This document shows, one piece after another, positions 1 through 10,040 of a stretch of 64,000 nucleotides of DNA; position 1 is the stretch's first letter; every line of letters begins with the position of its first letter. Under the pieces are notes generated by a model, which saw only the letters and a program-made list of their open reading frames with translations, was not told the DNA's origin and searched no databases. The DNA is from a bacterium (GTDB lineage Bacteria; Acidobacteriota; Blastocatellia; HR10), in assembly GCA_041640655.1 (NCBI GenBank), contig JBEPZV010000001.1, positions 160,229 to 224,228 on the forward strand. Direction: 5' to 3'. A program made the translations under genes and the position numbers.

Positions 1-168
1 GTCCGGGGACGATCCTGGACGCGGTGACCCAGGGCGCTCACCTGGCGGCGAAGCTGTGAGCCGATGCCGGGGCCTCAAGCGTTCCCTCGACGCGCGCGGG
101 CTTGCCCGGCGCCGGCGCCGTGCGGCAAGCTTGAAGCGCGGGGCATCTTCGCGAAAGGAGGAGAAGAC

Positions 169-849
169 GTGGTCGTCGCACGAGGACGCGCCAGACGACA
201 CCCCGGCGAAGAGGGGGAACGCTTCGAGGAGATCTTGAGGGCCGCCGCCGAACTCTTCTATGAGAAGGGATATCACGCGACAACGATGCAGGACGTCGCC
301 GATCGGGTGGGGATGCTCAAGGGATCGCTCTACTACTACATCGACTCCAAAGAGGACCTGCTCTACATCACGCTCGATCAGGTCATCAAAAAGGGCGACG
401 ATTATTTCCTGCAGAAGGTCGCTTCAGCGCGCGATCCGATCGAGAAGCTGCGCCGCGCCATCGAGGCCGAGATCGAATACGTCATCCGAGATCAGGTGAC
501 CGTCGGGCTTTTCCTGCATGAGTTCGACACGCTCTCGGATCGGCGCCGCCGTCGTATCCTCGCCCGCATGCGCCGGTTCCAGAATCGCTACATCGAGATC
601 ATCCGCGAGGGACAAGCGGCGGGCGTCTTCCGCGAGCTCGATCCTCGGCTGGTGGTCTACGGGATCCTCGGCATGTGCAATTGGGTGTATCGGTGGTATC
701 GGCCCGATCTCGGGTTCCCGCTCGAGCAGATCACCGCCGTCTTCACCCGCCTCATCCTCGACGGCATCGTGAAGCCGGACGCCAGGCCGGATTCGTCCAG
801 AGCGCGGAGACGATCGGGGCGGACACCGAGATCGCGTCCCTCGAGATGA
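169..849 (+). CDS. TetR/AcrR family regulator (KstR2-like C-terminal domain)
   Basis: HTH ILRAAAELFYEKGYHATTMQDVADRVGMLKGSLYYY; C-terminal ILGMCNWVYRWYRP; GTG start at 169 after AGGAGG. Confidence 0.9.
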   Translation: MVVARGRARRHPGEEGERFEEILRAAAELFYEKGYHATTMQDVADRVGMLKGSLYYYIDSKEDLLYITLDQVIKKGDDYFLQKVASARDPIEKLRRAIEAEIEYVIRDQVTVGLFLHEFDTLSDRRRRRILARMRRFQNRYIEIIREGQAAGVFRELDPRLVVYGILGMCNWVYRWYRPDLGFPLEQITAVFTRLILDGIVKPDARPDSSRARRRSGRTPRSRPSR

Positions 850-909
850 CGTGGGCGCGCCCGTCCCGAATCGCGAGACGGGACGCCGTGAGAGAATCCG
901 CATGAGGAG

Positions 910-2124
910 GTGAGGGCCATGGTCGCGCACCGTTCGGAGAAGAACGTCCCCCTCGACGGGGGATTGAATTTCGACCTCGGCAAGGAGAAGGAGCTGCTGC
1001 GACAGAATATCCGCGCGTTCGTCGAACGCGAGTGTCCGCGCGAGTACGTGCGCGAGCTGGATGAGCGGGAGGAATATCCGGAGCGCATCTGGCAGAAGCT
1101 CGCCGAATACGGGTTTCTGCAACTCCCCGTTCCGGAATCCTACGGGGGAATCGGGGGGGATATCGTGGATCTGGCCATCGTCACCGAGGAGCTGGCGCGA
1201 CGCAGCGGGGCCATCGCCCTGACGTTCTGGATGTCCGCATGCTTCGGCGCCATGACGCTGAATCTGGTGGGGACCGAGGAGCAGAAGCGGCGGTATCTGC
1301 CCCTGCTCGCCGAGGGGAAGATCAAGTTCGCTATCTCCCTGACCGAGCCCGATGGTGGGACTGACGTGGCCGGAGCCATGAAGACGCGCGCGGTCGAGGA
1401 TGGCGACGGATACGTGATCACGGGACAGAAGGTGTGGACGACGGCGGCTCACGTCTCCGATTACCTGATCGTCTTCGCGCGCACAAACGAGAACGTCGCG
1501 AAGCGGGTGGATGGCATCTCGGCCTTCCTCGTGGACCGGCGCACGCCGGGCATCACGCTGCGGAGGTTGGAGAAGATCGGTATCCGCGCCACGCCATCCT
1601 TCGAGGTCTTCTACGATCAGGTGCGCGTCCCGCGGGAGAATCTGCTCGGAGAGCGGGATAAGGGGCTCTATCAGTTGTTCGGCATGCTCAACGAGGAGCG
1701 CATCCTCACGGCCGCCATGTGCGTGGGCGAAGCTCAAGGGGCCTTCGAGGACGCGCTCGCGTACGCCAAGCAGCGGCAGGCCTTCGGCAAGCCGATCGGC
1801 CAATTTCAAGCCATTCAGCACAAGCTCTCGTGGATGTACACGAAGCTGGAGCTGGCGCGGTTGATCACCTACAAGGCGGCCTGGCTGCAATCGCAGGGAC
1901 GAGACTGCGCCCTCGAGGCCAATATGGCGAAGCTCGTGGCGGCCAACTTCGGTTTCGAGATCGCCGACATGGGGATGCAGATTCTCGGCGGATACTGCTA
2001 CAGCCGCGAATACGATATGCAGCGCTACTGGCGCGACGTGCGGCTGCATCGCGTCGGCCCGATCTCCGACGAGATGGTGCTGAATTTCATCGGAGAGCGC
2101 CTGGGCTTGCCGCGCAGCTATTGA
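910..2124 (+). CDS. acyl-CoA dehydrogenase
   Basis: ISLTEPDGGTD, GQKVWTT, RQAFGKPIGQFQAIQHKL, GMQILGG motifs. Confidence 0.95.
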   Translation: MRAMVAHRSEKNVPLDGGLNFDLGKEKELLRQNIRAFVERECPREYVRELDEREEYPERIWQKLAEYGFLQLPVPESYGGIGGDIVDLAIVTEELARRSGAIALTFWMSACFGAMTLNLVGTEEQKRRYLPLLAEGKIKFAISLTEPDGGTDVAGAMKTRAVEDGDGYVITGQKVWTTAAHVSDYLIVFARTNENVAKRVDGISAFLVDRRTPGITLRRLEKIGIRATPSFEVFYDQVRVPRENLLGERDKGLYQLFGMLNEERILTAAMCVGEAQGAFEDALAYAKQRQAFGKPIGQFQAIQHKLSWMYTKLELARLITYKAAWLQSQGRDCALEANMAKLVAANFGFEIADMGMQILGGYCYSREYDMQRYWRDVRLHRVGPISDEMVLNFIGERLGLPRSY

Positions 2125-2137
2125 TGCGGGGGAGGCG

Positions 2138-2962
2138 ATGCTCTCGCTCGAGGGGAAGGTCGCCATCGTGACCGGATCGGGACGCGGGATCGGACGCGCC
2201 ACGGTCCTGACCCTGGCGGCGCTCGGCGCCCGCGTCGTCATCAATGATGTGGACGAGGAGCCGGCGCGCGAGACCGAAGCCCTCGTGCGCCAGCGGGGCG
2301 GACACGCGGTCGTCCTGATCGGGAGCGTCGCGCGCTCGGACGTGGCTCCGGCGCTTGTGCGCGCGGCCCTCACGCACTTCGGAGAGCTCGATATCCTCGT
2401 CAATAACGCCGGAGTCACCGCCGATGCCATGCTCCACCGGATGACCGACGAACAATACGACCGCGTCATGGACGTCGTGCTGCGCGGCACGTTCTACGGC
2501 ATGCGCGCGGCGGCGGCTTATTTCCGGGAGGCCTTCCGACAGGACCAGCAGCGCGGCGCGCGCGTGCACCGCAAGATCATCAACGTCAGCTCGATCGCCG
2601 GTATTCACGGGGCCGTCGGCAACGCCAACTACGCCGCGGCCAAGGCCGGAGTGATCGGCTTGACCAAGGCCGCCGCCCGCGAGCTGGCGCCCTTTCTGGT
2701 CAACGTGAACGCGGTCGCCCCCGGCTTCATCGAAACCCGTTTGACCGCTGCGCGCGACGCGACCGCCTCACCCGAGCTTGGCCTTCCCCCATCGGTGCGC
2801 GAGCGCATCCTGCAACAGATGCCTTTCGGGCGTCCCGGATATCCGGAGGATGTGGCCGCGGCCATCGCGTTCCTGGCCTCTCCGCATGCCGATTTCATCA
2901 CCGGACAGGTCCTGCAGATTGATGGCGGATTGGAGTTCATCAATCCCGTCTCCGGGACATAA
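2138..2962 (+). CDS. short-chain dehydrogenase/reductase (FabG-like)
   Basis: TGSGRGIG, NNAG, YAAAK motifs. Confidence 0.95.
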   Translation: MLSLEGKVAIVTGSGRGIGRATVLTLAALGARVVINDVDEEPARETEALVRQRGGHAVVLIGSVARSDVAPALVRAALTHFGELDILVNNAGVTADAMLHRMTDEQYDRVMDVVLRGTFYGMRAAAAYFREAFRQDQQRGARVHRKIINVSSIAGIHGAVGNANYAAAKAGVIGLTKAAARELAPFLVNVNAVAPGFIETRLTAARDATASPELGLPPSVRERILQQMPFGRPGYPEDVAAAIAFLASPHADFITGQVLQIDGGLEFINPVSGT

Positions 2963-2996
2963 CCGATCCTCACATCGCCGCAGGGAGGACGTCACC

Positions 2997-3485
2997 ATGC
3001 CGAAACTGAAGTTCGATCACATCGCTTTTCTAGTGCGCGATCTGGATCAGGCCGTGCGGGATTATCAGCAGATCCTGAGCGTCCTCGACCCGGAACAGGC
3101 GGAGCAGGTCGTCTGGGACGAGGGCGAAGCCGATGGCTATAAGCTCCGCTGGGCAACCTTCGTCAATCCCCACGGGACCTCGATCCAATTCTTCGAGAGT
3201 CAGCACCCGGCCGATCAAAAGCTCTTGGAGAAGTACGGCGAGCGCGTGCATCATCTGGCGTTCACGACGAGCGATCTCCCGCAGACGATCGCGGAGTTGC
3301 AAAAGGCGGGCATTCCGCTGATCAGCGCCGAGCCCACGGGGCCATCGCATATCCCCTGGTTGAAGTGGGTCTTCGTTCCTCCGCGCAAGGCGCACGGCGT
3401 GCTCATCGAGGTCGCCACGCGCTATCGCGTGGAGAATAACCGATGGGTGCCCGATGTGGAGGGAGGAGACGAGGCATCGTCCTGA
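2997..3485 (+). CDS. VOC family protein (methylmalonyl-CoA epimerase-like)
   Basis: DHIAFLV, VHHLAF, FVPPRKAHGVLIE; ATG 2997 after GGAGG. Confidence 0.85.
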   Translation: MPKLKFDHIAFLVRDLDQAVRDYQQILSVLDPEQAEQVVWDEGEADGYKLRWATFVNPHGTSIQFFESQHPADQKLLEKYGERVHHLAFTTSDLPQTIAELQKAGIPLISAEPTGPSHIPWLKWVFVPPRKAHGVLIEVATRYRVENNRWVPDVEGGDEASS

Positions 3486-3499
3486 GCGGAGGACCGAGC

Positions 3500-4876
3500 A
3501 TGGCGTCGGGGGAGCACCGATCCGAGGCGTACTTCGAACCGCAGTGGGAGTTGATGCCGCGCGAACAGCTCGAGGCCGTGCGGCTGCAGAAGTTGCACCG
3601 GCAACTCCGCTACGCGTACGAGGCGTCGGCCTTCTACCGGGAGAAGTTTCATCAGGCGGGGGCGCGCCCCCAGGACATCCGCACGCTCGAGGATCTCCGC
3701 CGGTTGCCGATCTTCATCACGCCGGAGATTCATCGGGAGAGCCAGGAGCAGTCGCTGCGCGAGGAGGGACATCCCTTCGGGATGTTCCTCTGCGCGCCCC
3801 CGGAGCAGGTCATCGCCGTGGCGGCGACCTCGGGGACCACGGGAGAGCCCACCTTCTACGCCTTCACCCGACAAGATGTGGAGGTGACCAACCGCCTCTG
3901 GGCGCGCGCCTTCTGGCGCGCGGGGATCAGACCGGGCGATACGGTGATGCACGCCTTCGGCTTGAGCATGTTCCTGGCCGGAGTCCCCGTCGTCCGCGCC
4001 CTGGAATGGATGGGCGCGCGCCCCATCCCCTGCGGGGCCGAGGCCGGAAGCGAGCGCTTGCTGAAGCTCATCCGGTGGACGCGCCCGCGCGCGCTGCTGT
4101 GCACGCCCTCATACGCCGAGTATCTGATCGAGGTCGCCCCCAAGGTCCTCGGCTGCGACGTCGGCGATCTGGGCATCGAGATCATCTGCTGCGCGGGCGA
4201 GCCGGGAGCCGGATTGCCGGAGGTTCGCCGCAAGATTCAGGACGCCTACGGCGCGCGCCTCTACGATATGCTCGGGGGCGCTCATGGGATCATGAACGTC
4301 TCCTGCGAGGCCTCCGAATACCAGGGGATGCATGTCCTCGGCGATGACTTCTCCGTCTCCGACGACCTCGTGGATCCGGAGACGAAGGAGCCCATCCCCC
4401 TCACAGAGGGAGCCATCGGCGAGCGGGTGAAGACGGCACTGCAGTGGGAGGCGCAGCCGCCGATCCGATACTCCGTCGGGGACATCTATCAGGTGTTCAC
4501 CGAGCCGTGCCCCTGCGGGCGACCGGGACCGCGGATCAAGGTGCTCGGGCGCGTGGATGATCTGCTGATCGTCAAGGGCGTCAAGGTGTACCCGGCGGCC
4601 GTGAAGAACCTCGTGGAATCGTTCGGCCCACGCACGACCGGAGAGATGCGCATCGTGCTCGAGGCACCGGGACCACGGGTGACGCCCCCGCTGCGGCTGC
4701 GCGTCGAATATCGCGCTGGTCTGGAGGGCGAACAGATCGAGCGCCTCAAGGCGGAGATCGCCGAGGCTATGCACCACCGATTGCGCGTGCGCCCGGAGAT
4801 CGAGATGGTCCCCGAAGGGACGCTCCCGCGCACGGCCCATAAGACGACGCTCATCGAACGACGATACGCCAGATGA
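3500..4876 (+). CDS. phenylacetate-CoA ligase family acyl-CoA synthetase
   Basis: TSGTTGEP, GEPG, GRVDDLLIVKGVKVYP motifs. Confidence 0.9.
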   Translation: MASGEHRSEAYFEPQWELMPREQLEAVRLQKLHRQLRYAYEASAFYREKFHQAGARPQDIRTLEDLRRLPIFITPEIHRESQEQSLREEGHPFGMFLCAPPEQVIAVAATSGTTGEPTFYAFTRQDVEVTNRLWARAFWRAGIRPGDTVMHAFGLSMFLAGVPVVRALEWMGARPIPCGAEAGSERLLKLIRWTRPRALLCTPSYAEYLIEVAPKVLGCDVGDLGIEIICCAGEPGAGLPEVRRKIQDAYGARLYDMLGGAHGIMNVSCEASEYQGMHVLGDDFSVSDDLVDPETKEPIPLTEGAIGERVKTALQWEAQPPIRYSVGDIYQVFTEPCPCGRPGPRIKVLGRVDDLLIVKGVKVYPAAVKNLVESFGPRTTGEMRIVLEAPGPRVTPPLRLRVEYRAGLEGEQIERLKAEIAEAMHHRLRVRPEIEMVPEGTLPRTAHKTTLIERRYAR

Positions 4877-6540
4877 CGAACCGAACGGAGAAGATCCTCA
4901 CGCTCGCCGAAGCCGTCCGGCAGATCGAGGACGGGAGCACGATCGCCCTCGGCGGTCTCTCCTACTTCAACGCGCCAATGGCGCTGGTGCGCGAATTGAT
5001 CCGCCAGCGAAAGCGCGGGCTGACGGTGATCACCTCCGCCGTGACGGGCCTGCAGGCGGATCTGCTCATCGCCGCCGGAGGCGTGCGCCGGCTCATCAGC
5101 CCCTACGTGGGCCTGGAAGAGCTGGGCATGGCGCCGAATTTCCGGCGCGCGGCCGAGCGCGGGGAGATCGAGATCTGCGAGATCGGAGAGGCCTTCCTCG
5201 CCTTCGGTCTGAAGGCGGGAGCAGCCGGCGCGCCCTTCTTCCCCCTCCCTCGCGCGCTCGCCCGCACGGATCTCGTTCGGGTGAATACCGACTATCGCTT
5301 CACCCGAGACCCATTCACCGGCGAGGAGGTCCTCTGCGTGCCGGCGCTTGTGCCCGATTGGGCGCTGCTGCACGCGCAGCAGAGCGATCCGTTCGGAAAC
5401 GCGCGCCATCTCGGATCGGCTTACATGGACCTGCTGTTGGCGCGCGCCGCGCGCCGCTGTATCGTGAGCTGCGATGAGGTGATCCCTCAAGAGGCCGTGC
5501 GCGCGGAGCCGCAGCGCACGACGCTGCCGGCAGTTCTCGTGGACCACGTCGTCCCGCTCTTCGGGAGCGCGCATCCGACGGCGAGCGAGCCGCTCTACGA
5601 TGTGGACCGCGAGCACCTGCGGCTCTATCTCGAACTCAGCCGGACGCCCGAAGGCGCGGCGCAATATCTCCAGGAATTCGTGCGCTCCTCCGACGAATCG
5701 GCGTATCTCCAGAAGGTGAGGGGGACTGCGCAGGTCTCCGCATCCCGAGTGGAATCGACCGCGTGCGAACCCGAGGAAGCGCCGCCATCGGTCGGAGAAC
5801 TCTTGGCCATCATCTTCTCGCGCCTGGTCGAGGATGGGGACGTCGTGGGCGTCGGCACGGGATGTATGGAGGTCGCGGCCGGACTTCGATTGGCGCAGCT
5901 CACACACGCTCCCAACCTCTCCTTCATCATGGGCGGAACGGGGGCGCTCAATCCGGACGCGGAGGAGTTGCCCCCCTCGGTGAACTCGGCGCGGGCGATC
6001 TCCCGAGCCGAAGCCGTGCTGCGGCTGGAGGATCTGTTCGATCTGGAGCTGAAGGGCGATCTCGATGTGATGTTCCTGAGCGGCTTGCAGATTGATCGGC
6101 ACGGGAACGTGAACCTCGTGGGCATTGGTCCGTGGTCGGCACCGCGACGCCGAGGGCCGGGAAGCGTGGGATTGGAGCTGGCTCCCCGCGCGCGACGCCG
6201 CGTGGCCTTCTTCCGTCGGCACACGCGCCAGATCTTCGTCGAACGGGTTGATTTCATCTCGGCCCCGGGTTATGTTCCCCAGGTGATCGAAGGCGGAGCC
6301 TACTGGGTCATCACCGATCTGGCCGTGATGGATTTCGATGACGAGGGGCGAATGCGGCTGGCCTCCCTCCATCCCGGCGCGACGGTGGAGCAGGTTCGAG
6401 AGCGAACGGGCTTTGAACTCCTCATCCCGGCCTCGGTGCCGACGACGCCACCGCCGACGCACGAGGAGCTTCACTTGTTACGCACCCAGGTGGACCGCCG
6501 AGGGCTCCTGCGGGCGGGTCCCCGCATGGGGTGTCCGTGA
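4873..6540 (+). CDS. fused alpha/beta CoA-transferase (glutaconate CoA-transferase/IpdAB-like)
   Basis: N-half EAVRQIEDGSTIALGG...APNFRRA; C-half GLQIDRHGNVN, VDFISAPG, ITDLAVMDF. Confidence 0.85.
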   Translation: MTNRTEKILTLAEAVRQIEDGSTIALGGLSYFNAPMALVRELIRQRKRGLTVITSAVTGLQADLLIAAGGVRRLISPYVGLEELGMAPNFRRAAERGEIEICEIGEAFLAFGLKAGAAGAPFFPLPRALARTDLVRVNTDYRFTRDPFTGEEVLCVPALVPDWALLHAQQSDPFGNARHLGSAYMDLLLARAARRCIVSCDEVIPQEAVRAEPQRTTLPAVLVDHVVPLFGSAHPTASEPLYDVDREHLRLYLELSRTPEGAAQYLQEFVRSSDESAYLQKVRGTAQVSASRVESTACEPEEAPPSVGELLAIIFSRLVEDGDVVGVGTGCMEVAAGLRLAQLTHAPNLSFIMGGTGALNPDAEELPPSVNSARAISRAEAVLRLEDLFDLELKGDLDVMFLSGLQIDRHGNVNLVGIGPWSAPRRRGPGSVGLELAPRARRRVAFFRRHTRQIFVERVDFISAPGYVPQVIEGGAYWVITDLAVMDFDDEGRMRLASLHPGATVEQVRERTGFELLIPASVPTTPPPTHEELHLLRTQVDRRGLLRAGPRMGCP

Positions 6541-6563
6541 CGAACGAGAGAGGACGCTCTCGG

Positions 6564-7967
6564 ATGATCGGGATCACAGGATACGCCGTATATCTGCCGC
6601 GCCATCGGATCGAGCGGGAGAAGATCGCAGCCGCTCATGGGACGAAGCCGATTCTGGGAGGAGAGCGAACGGCCATCGGCTTCGATGAGGATGCGCTGAC
6701 GCTGGCTCTGGAAGCCGTGCAGGCTCTGGAGCTCCCCGAATGCCGGGGGATATATTTCGCGTCCACGACGGCGCCCTACCTGGAGCGCATGAACGCGGCG
6801 CTTCTGGCCACGGCGTGCGATCTCCCGGAAGAGGTCGCCGTGGCCGACTTCGCGCATTCGCTGCGAGCGGGGACGGTGGCGCTCGCCGCGGCCCTGGATC
6901 GCGTAGCAGTCGGCGGCCAGGACCCCATCGTGGTGGTGGCCGCCGACGCGCGCGAAGCGCCACCGGAATCACCCGAAGAGCAATGGTTCGGCGATGGCGC
7001 GGCGGCCCTGGCCATCGGGCGGGGAGCAGAGGTCTTGGCCGCAGTGCGAGCGCGGACGAGCGTGACCGATGATTTCCTCGATTTCGTCCGGCGCGATAAG
7101 GATGAGCAGATCACGAGCTTCGCCTCCCGATTCACCCTGGAGGGGTATCGGCGAATCGTCGGTCGAGCCATCACGCAGGTCCTCGAACACAGTGGGGTGA
7201 ATCCGTCGGAGATCGCGCGCGTCATCCTGCCACCTCTGGATCCGAAAGCCTCCATTCGCACGGCCATGGAGTTGGGATTTCGGGCCGATCAGGTTCAGGA
7301 GACGTTCCTCGACCGCGTGGGGATGATCGGATGCGCCATGCCGCTCTTCCTCTTGAGCGCGGCCTTGGAGACGGCACGGCCTGGCGATCTGATCCTCCTG
7401 GTGGGCTACGGGAGCGGCGCCGATGCCTTGCTCTTCGAGGTGACACCCGCTCTGGAGCGCTCCCGCAGATGTCCCTCGATCGCGGATCACTTGGAGGGCG
7501 GACTCCGATTCCCATCATACGAATTGTTCCGGAAAGCCCGGGCCTACTTCCGACGCCACGACGACGGGCCGGTGGTGTCGAACATCTTCTATGAGAAGGA
7601 AGAGGTGCGCACGATTCGGCTCCGAGGGACCGAATGCGGAGAATGCGGGCTGCGACAGTTCCCGCCGACGGCCGTGTGTCAGCGCTGTCGGAGCACAGAG
7701 GGATTGCGAGAGGTGAAGCTCGGGCGGCGCGGAGCCGTGTTCACCTATACCGTGGATTGGCTGGCGACTTCGCCCATGCCGCCGACGATCCTGGCCGTCG
7801 TGGATGTGGAGGGGGGAGGACGGCTCTATCTGCAAATGACCGACGTCGAGCCATCGGCAGTGCGCATCGGCATGCCCGTGCGCGTGACGCTGCGACGGCT
7901 CGGAGCCGGTGGCGGTTTGTACCATTACTACTGGAAGTGCCGACCGGAGGGACGAAGCGATGGGTGA
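6564..7967 (+). CDS. HMG-CoA synthase-like domain fused to Zn-ribbon/OB-fold (DUF35)
   Basis: GITGYAVYLPR, DEDALTLA, GDGAAA, GYGSGADA; C-terminal CGECG...CQRC plus OB fold; catalytic Cys position reads SLRAG. Confidence 0.85.
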   Translation: MIGITGYAVYLPRHRIEREKIAAAHGTKPILGGERTAIGFDEDALTLALEAVQALELPECRGIYFASTTAPYLERMNAALLATACDLPEEVAVADFAHSLRAGTVALAAALDRVAVGGQDPIVVVAADAREAPPESPEEQWFGDGAAALAIGRGAEVLAAVRARTSVTDDFLDFVRRDKDEQITSFASRFTLEGYRRIVGRAITQVLEHSGVNPSEIARVILPPLDPKASIRTAMELGFRADQVQETFLDRVGMIGCAMPLFLLSAALETARPGDLILLVGYGSGADALLFEVTPALERSRRCPSIADHLEGGLRFPSYELFRKARAYFRRHDDGPVVSNIFYEKEEVRTIRLRGTECGECGLRQFPPTAVCQRCRSTEGLREVKLGRRGAVFTYTVDWLATSPMPPTILAVVDVEGGGRLYLQMTDVEPSAVRIGMPVRVTLRRLGAGGGLYHYYWKCRPEGRSDG

Positions 7968-9123
7968 GAGCCTCAAGGACAGAGTGGCCATCATCGGGAT
8001 CGGTTGCACGAAGTTCGGCGAGCTGCACGAGAAGAGCCTTCAAGACCTGATGGTCGAGGCGAGCTTCGCCGCTTACGCGGACGCGGGGATCGAGCCCGAT
8101 CGCGTGGAAGCGGCGTGGCTGGGAACGTTCTCACCGGGTTTCGGGGGAGGGAAGGCGAGCGTCACCCTGGCCGACGCGCTGCGACTCTATGGCAAGCCGA
8201 TCACCCGCGTGGAGAACTACTGCGCCACGGGGACCGATGCCTTCCGAAACGCGTGCCTGGCCGTGGCCGCCGGCGTCTACGAAGTGGCCTTGGTCGTCGG
8301 AGCGGAGAAGTTGCGAGATCGGCCCGTGCGGGGATTGCAACGCGAGGGGACGCATCCGTACTTGGAAGCGGGCTCGACCCCACCGGGACTTTTCGCCCTG
8401 GCAGCGAATCGGTATTTCCATCGCTTCGGCGGGGATCGGCGGACGTTGGCCAAGGTCGCCGTCAAGAATCATCACAACGGAGCCCTCAATCCGAAAGCCC
8501 ATTTTCAGATGGAGGTGACCGAGGAGCAGGTCCTCAACGCGCCGCTCATCGCCTATCCGTTCGGTCTGTATGACTGCTGCCCCACGACAGACGGAGCCGC
8601 GGCCGTCATCATCTGTCGGGCCGATCTGGCGCGGCAGTTTCGAGACGATCCGGTCTACGTGAAGGGCATCGGATTGGCCGTGGAGACGGGATGGCCTTTC
8701 TTCGATCCCACGTTCGAGTACATCGGGTTCCCGGCGACGACGGCGGCGGCGGCCGAAGCCTATCGCATGGCGGGAATCCGCCACCCGGCGCGGGAGATCT
8801 CCGTGGCCGAAGTGCATGATTGTTTCACGTGGACCGAGATCGCCAATTATGAGGACCTGGGCTTCTGTCGGAAGGGCGAGGGGAGGTACTTCATCGAGGA
8901 GGGACGGAGCGCGCTCACGGGCGATCTGCCCGTGAATCCGAGCGGCGGATTGAAATCGTTCGGCCATCCGATCGGAGCCAGCGGCGTGCGCATGCTCACG
9001 GAGATCGTCCTGCAGTTGCGCGGTCAAGCCGGAGCTCGCCAGGTGAAGAACGCCGAGCTGGGACTCGTGCATAATCTGGGCGGACCCGGCTCGGTCGCCT
9101 GCGTCGTCATTCTCGGACGGTGA
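7960..9123 (+). CDS. thiolase family protein (SCP-x/Ltp/PhlC-type acetyl-CoA acetyltransferase)
   Basis: VENYCATG, CCPTTDGAAA, EVHDCF, NPSGGLKSFGHPIGASG. Confidence 0.9.
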   Translation: MGESLKDRVAIIGIGCTKFGELHEKSLQDLMVEASFAAYADAGIEPDRVEAAWLGTFSPGFGGGKASVTLADALRLYGKPITRVENYCATGTDAFRNACLAVAAGVYEVALVVGAEKLRDRPVRGLQREGTHPYLEAGSTPPGLFALAANRYFHRFGGDRRTLAKVAVKNHHNGALNPKAHFQMEVTEEQVLNAPLIAYPFGLYDCCPTTDGAAAVIICRADLARQFRDDPVYVKGIGLAVETGWPFFDPTFEYIGFPATTAAAAEAYRMAGIRHPAREISVAEVHDCFTWTEIANYEDLGFCRKGEGRYFIEEGRSALTGDLPVNPSGGLKSFGHPIGASGVRMLTEIVLQLRGQAGARQVKNAELGLVHNLGGPGSVACVVILGR

Positions 9124-9168
9124 ACATCGTTCGGGCAACCCCGCGGGGGATCCCTGAAGGAGTCGAGG

Positions 9169-10020
9169 ATGCGTATCGTCGTCTGCCTGACGCAGATTCT
9201 CGATCCGGAGATGCCGCCGAGTGAATTTCGACTGGATCCGCAACGAAAGGCGGCCGCCGAGGGGATCGGACAGCTCGTCGTCAGCATCTTCGATGAGAAC
9301 GCGCTCGAGGTGGCGCTGCAGGTGCGCGAGCGCATAGCCGAGCGCGAGGGAGCACCCCACGCGATCTCTCGATCGCGTGAGGACCCCGGCCCGGTGGAGA
9401 TCGTCGCGCTCACCGTCGGTCCTCCTTCGGCCGCCGACGTCCTGCGGAAGGCGCTCAGTCTGCGCGCCGATCGCGCCATTTTGATCTCCAGCGAGGGATG
9501 GCCTCCGCTGGAAGGCGCCATCGTCGCCCGCCTTCTGGCCGCCGCCGTGAGACGGCTCCATCCGGTGGACCTCGTGCTCTGCGGGCGCGAGACGGGAGAT
9601 TGGCATGGGGGACAGGTCGGCGCCTTCCTGGCCGAAGCGCTCGGATGGGCGAGCGTGAGCTTCGTCTCCCGCATCGAGGTGGAGGGGGAGACCTTCCTCA
9701 TGCGACGCCAATCGGACGAAGGATGGGAGATCGTGCGCGCGAGACGACCCGCCGTGGCGACGATCACCAACGATGAGACGAACGTCCCGCGCTTGCCGAA
9801 GGTCAGAGATACGATGCTGGCCGCCCGCGCGTCGCTCCCCGTGTGGACGATCCCGGAACTGGTCGAAGATCCGAGAGAGCTGTGGCAGGCGAATGCCCTG
9901 CAGGTGCGCGAGTTGTTCATTCCGAGCAGCTCGAAGGCGTGCGAGGTGATCGAGGGGGAGACGGTTCAGGAGAAAGCCGTTCGGCTTCTCCAGGCGCTGC
10001 GCCGACGACGGATTCTCTGA
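9169..10020 (+). CDS. etfB: electron transfer flavoprotein beta subunit (carries an in-frame palindromic insertion)
   Basis: FDENALEVAL, DLVLCGRETGDWHGGQVG, PRLP motifs. Confidence 0.9.
   Translation: MRIVVCLTQILDPEMPPSEFRLDPQRKAAAEGIGQLVVSIFDENALEVALQVRERIAEREGAPHAISRSREDPGPVEIVALTVGPPSAADVLRKALSLRADRAILISSEGWPPLEGAIVARLLAAAVRRLHPVDLVLCGRETGDWHGGQVGAFLAEALGWASVSFVSRIEVEGETFLMRRQSDEGWEIVRARRPAVATITNDETNVPRLPKVRDTMLAARASLPVWTIPELVEDPRELWQANALQVRELFIPSSSKACEVIEGETVQEKAVRLLQALRRRRIL
9350..9389. repeat. palindromic element copy inside etfB
   Basis: gagcaccccacgcgatctctcgatcgcgtgaggaccccgg; 36/40 match to the 14782 copy. Confidence 0.85.
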
Positions 10021-10040
10021 GCTGAGAGGAGGACGTCCTC

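Noticed and set aside
424..9711. Long antisense ORFs (424..2490, 4489..6474, 8131..9711 and similar ones elsewhere, e.g. 29336..31405, 54474..57350)
   Set aside because: Shadow ORFs of high-GC genes; no recognisable motifs and they fully overlap well-supported genes.
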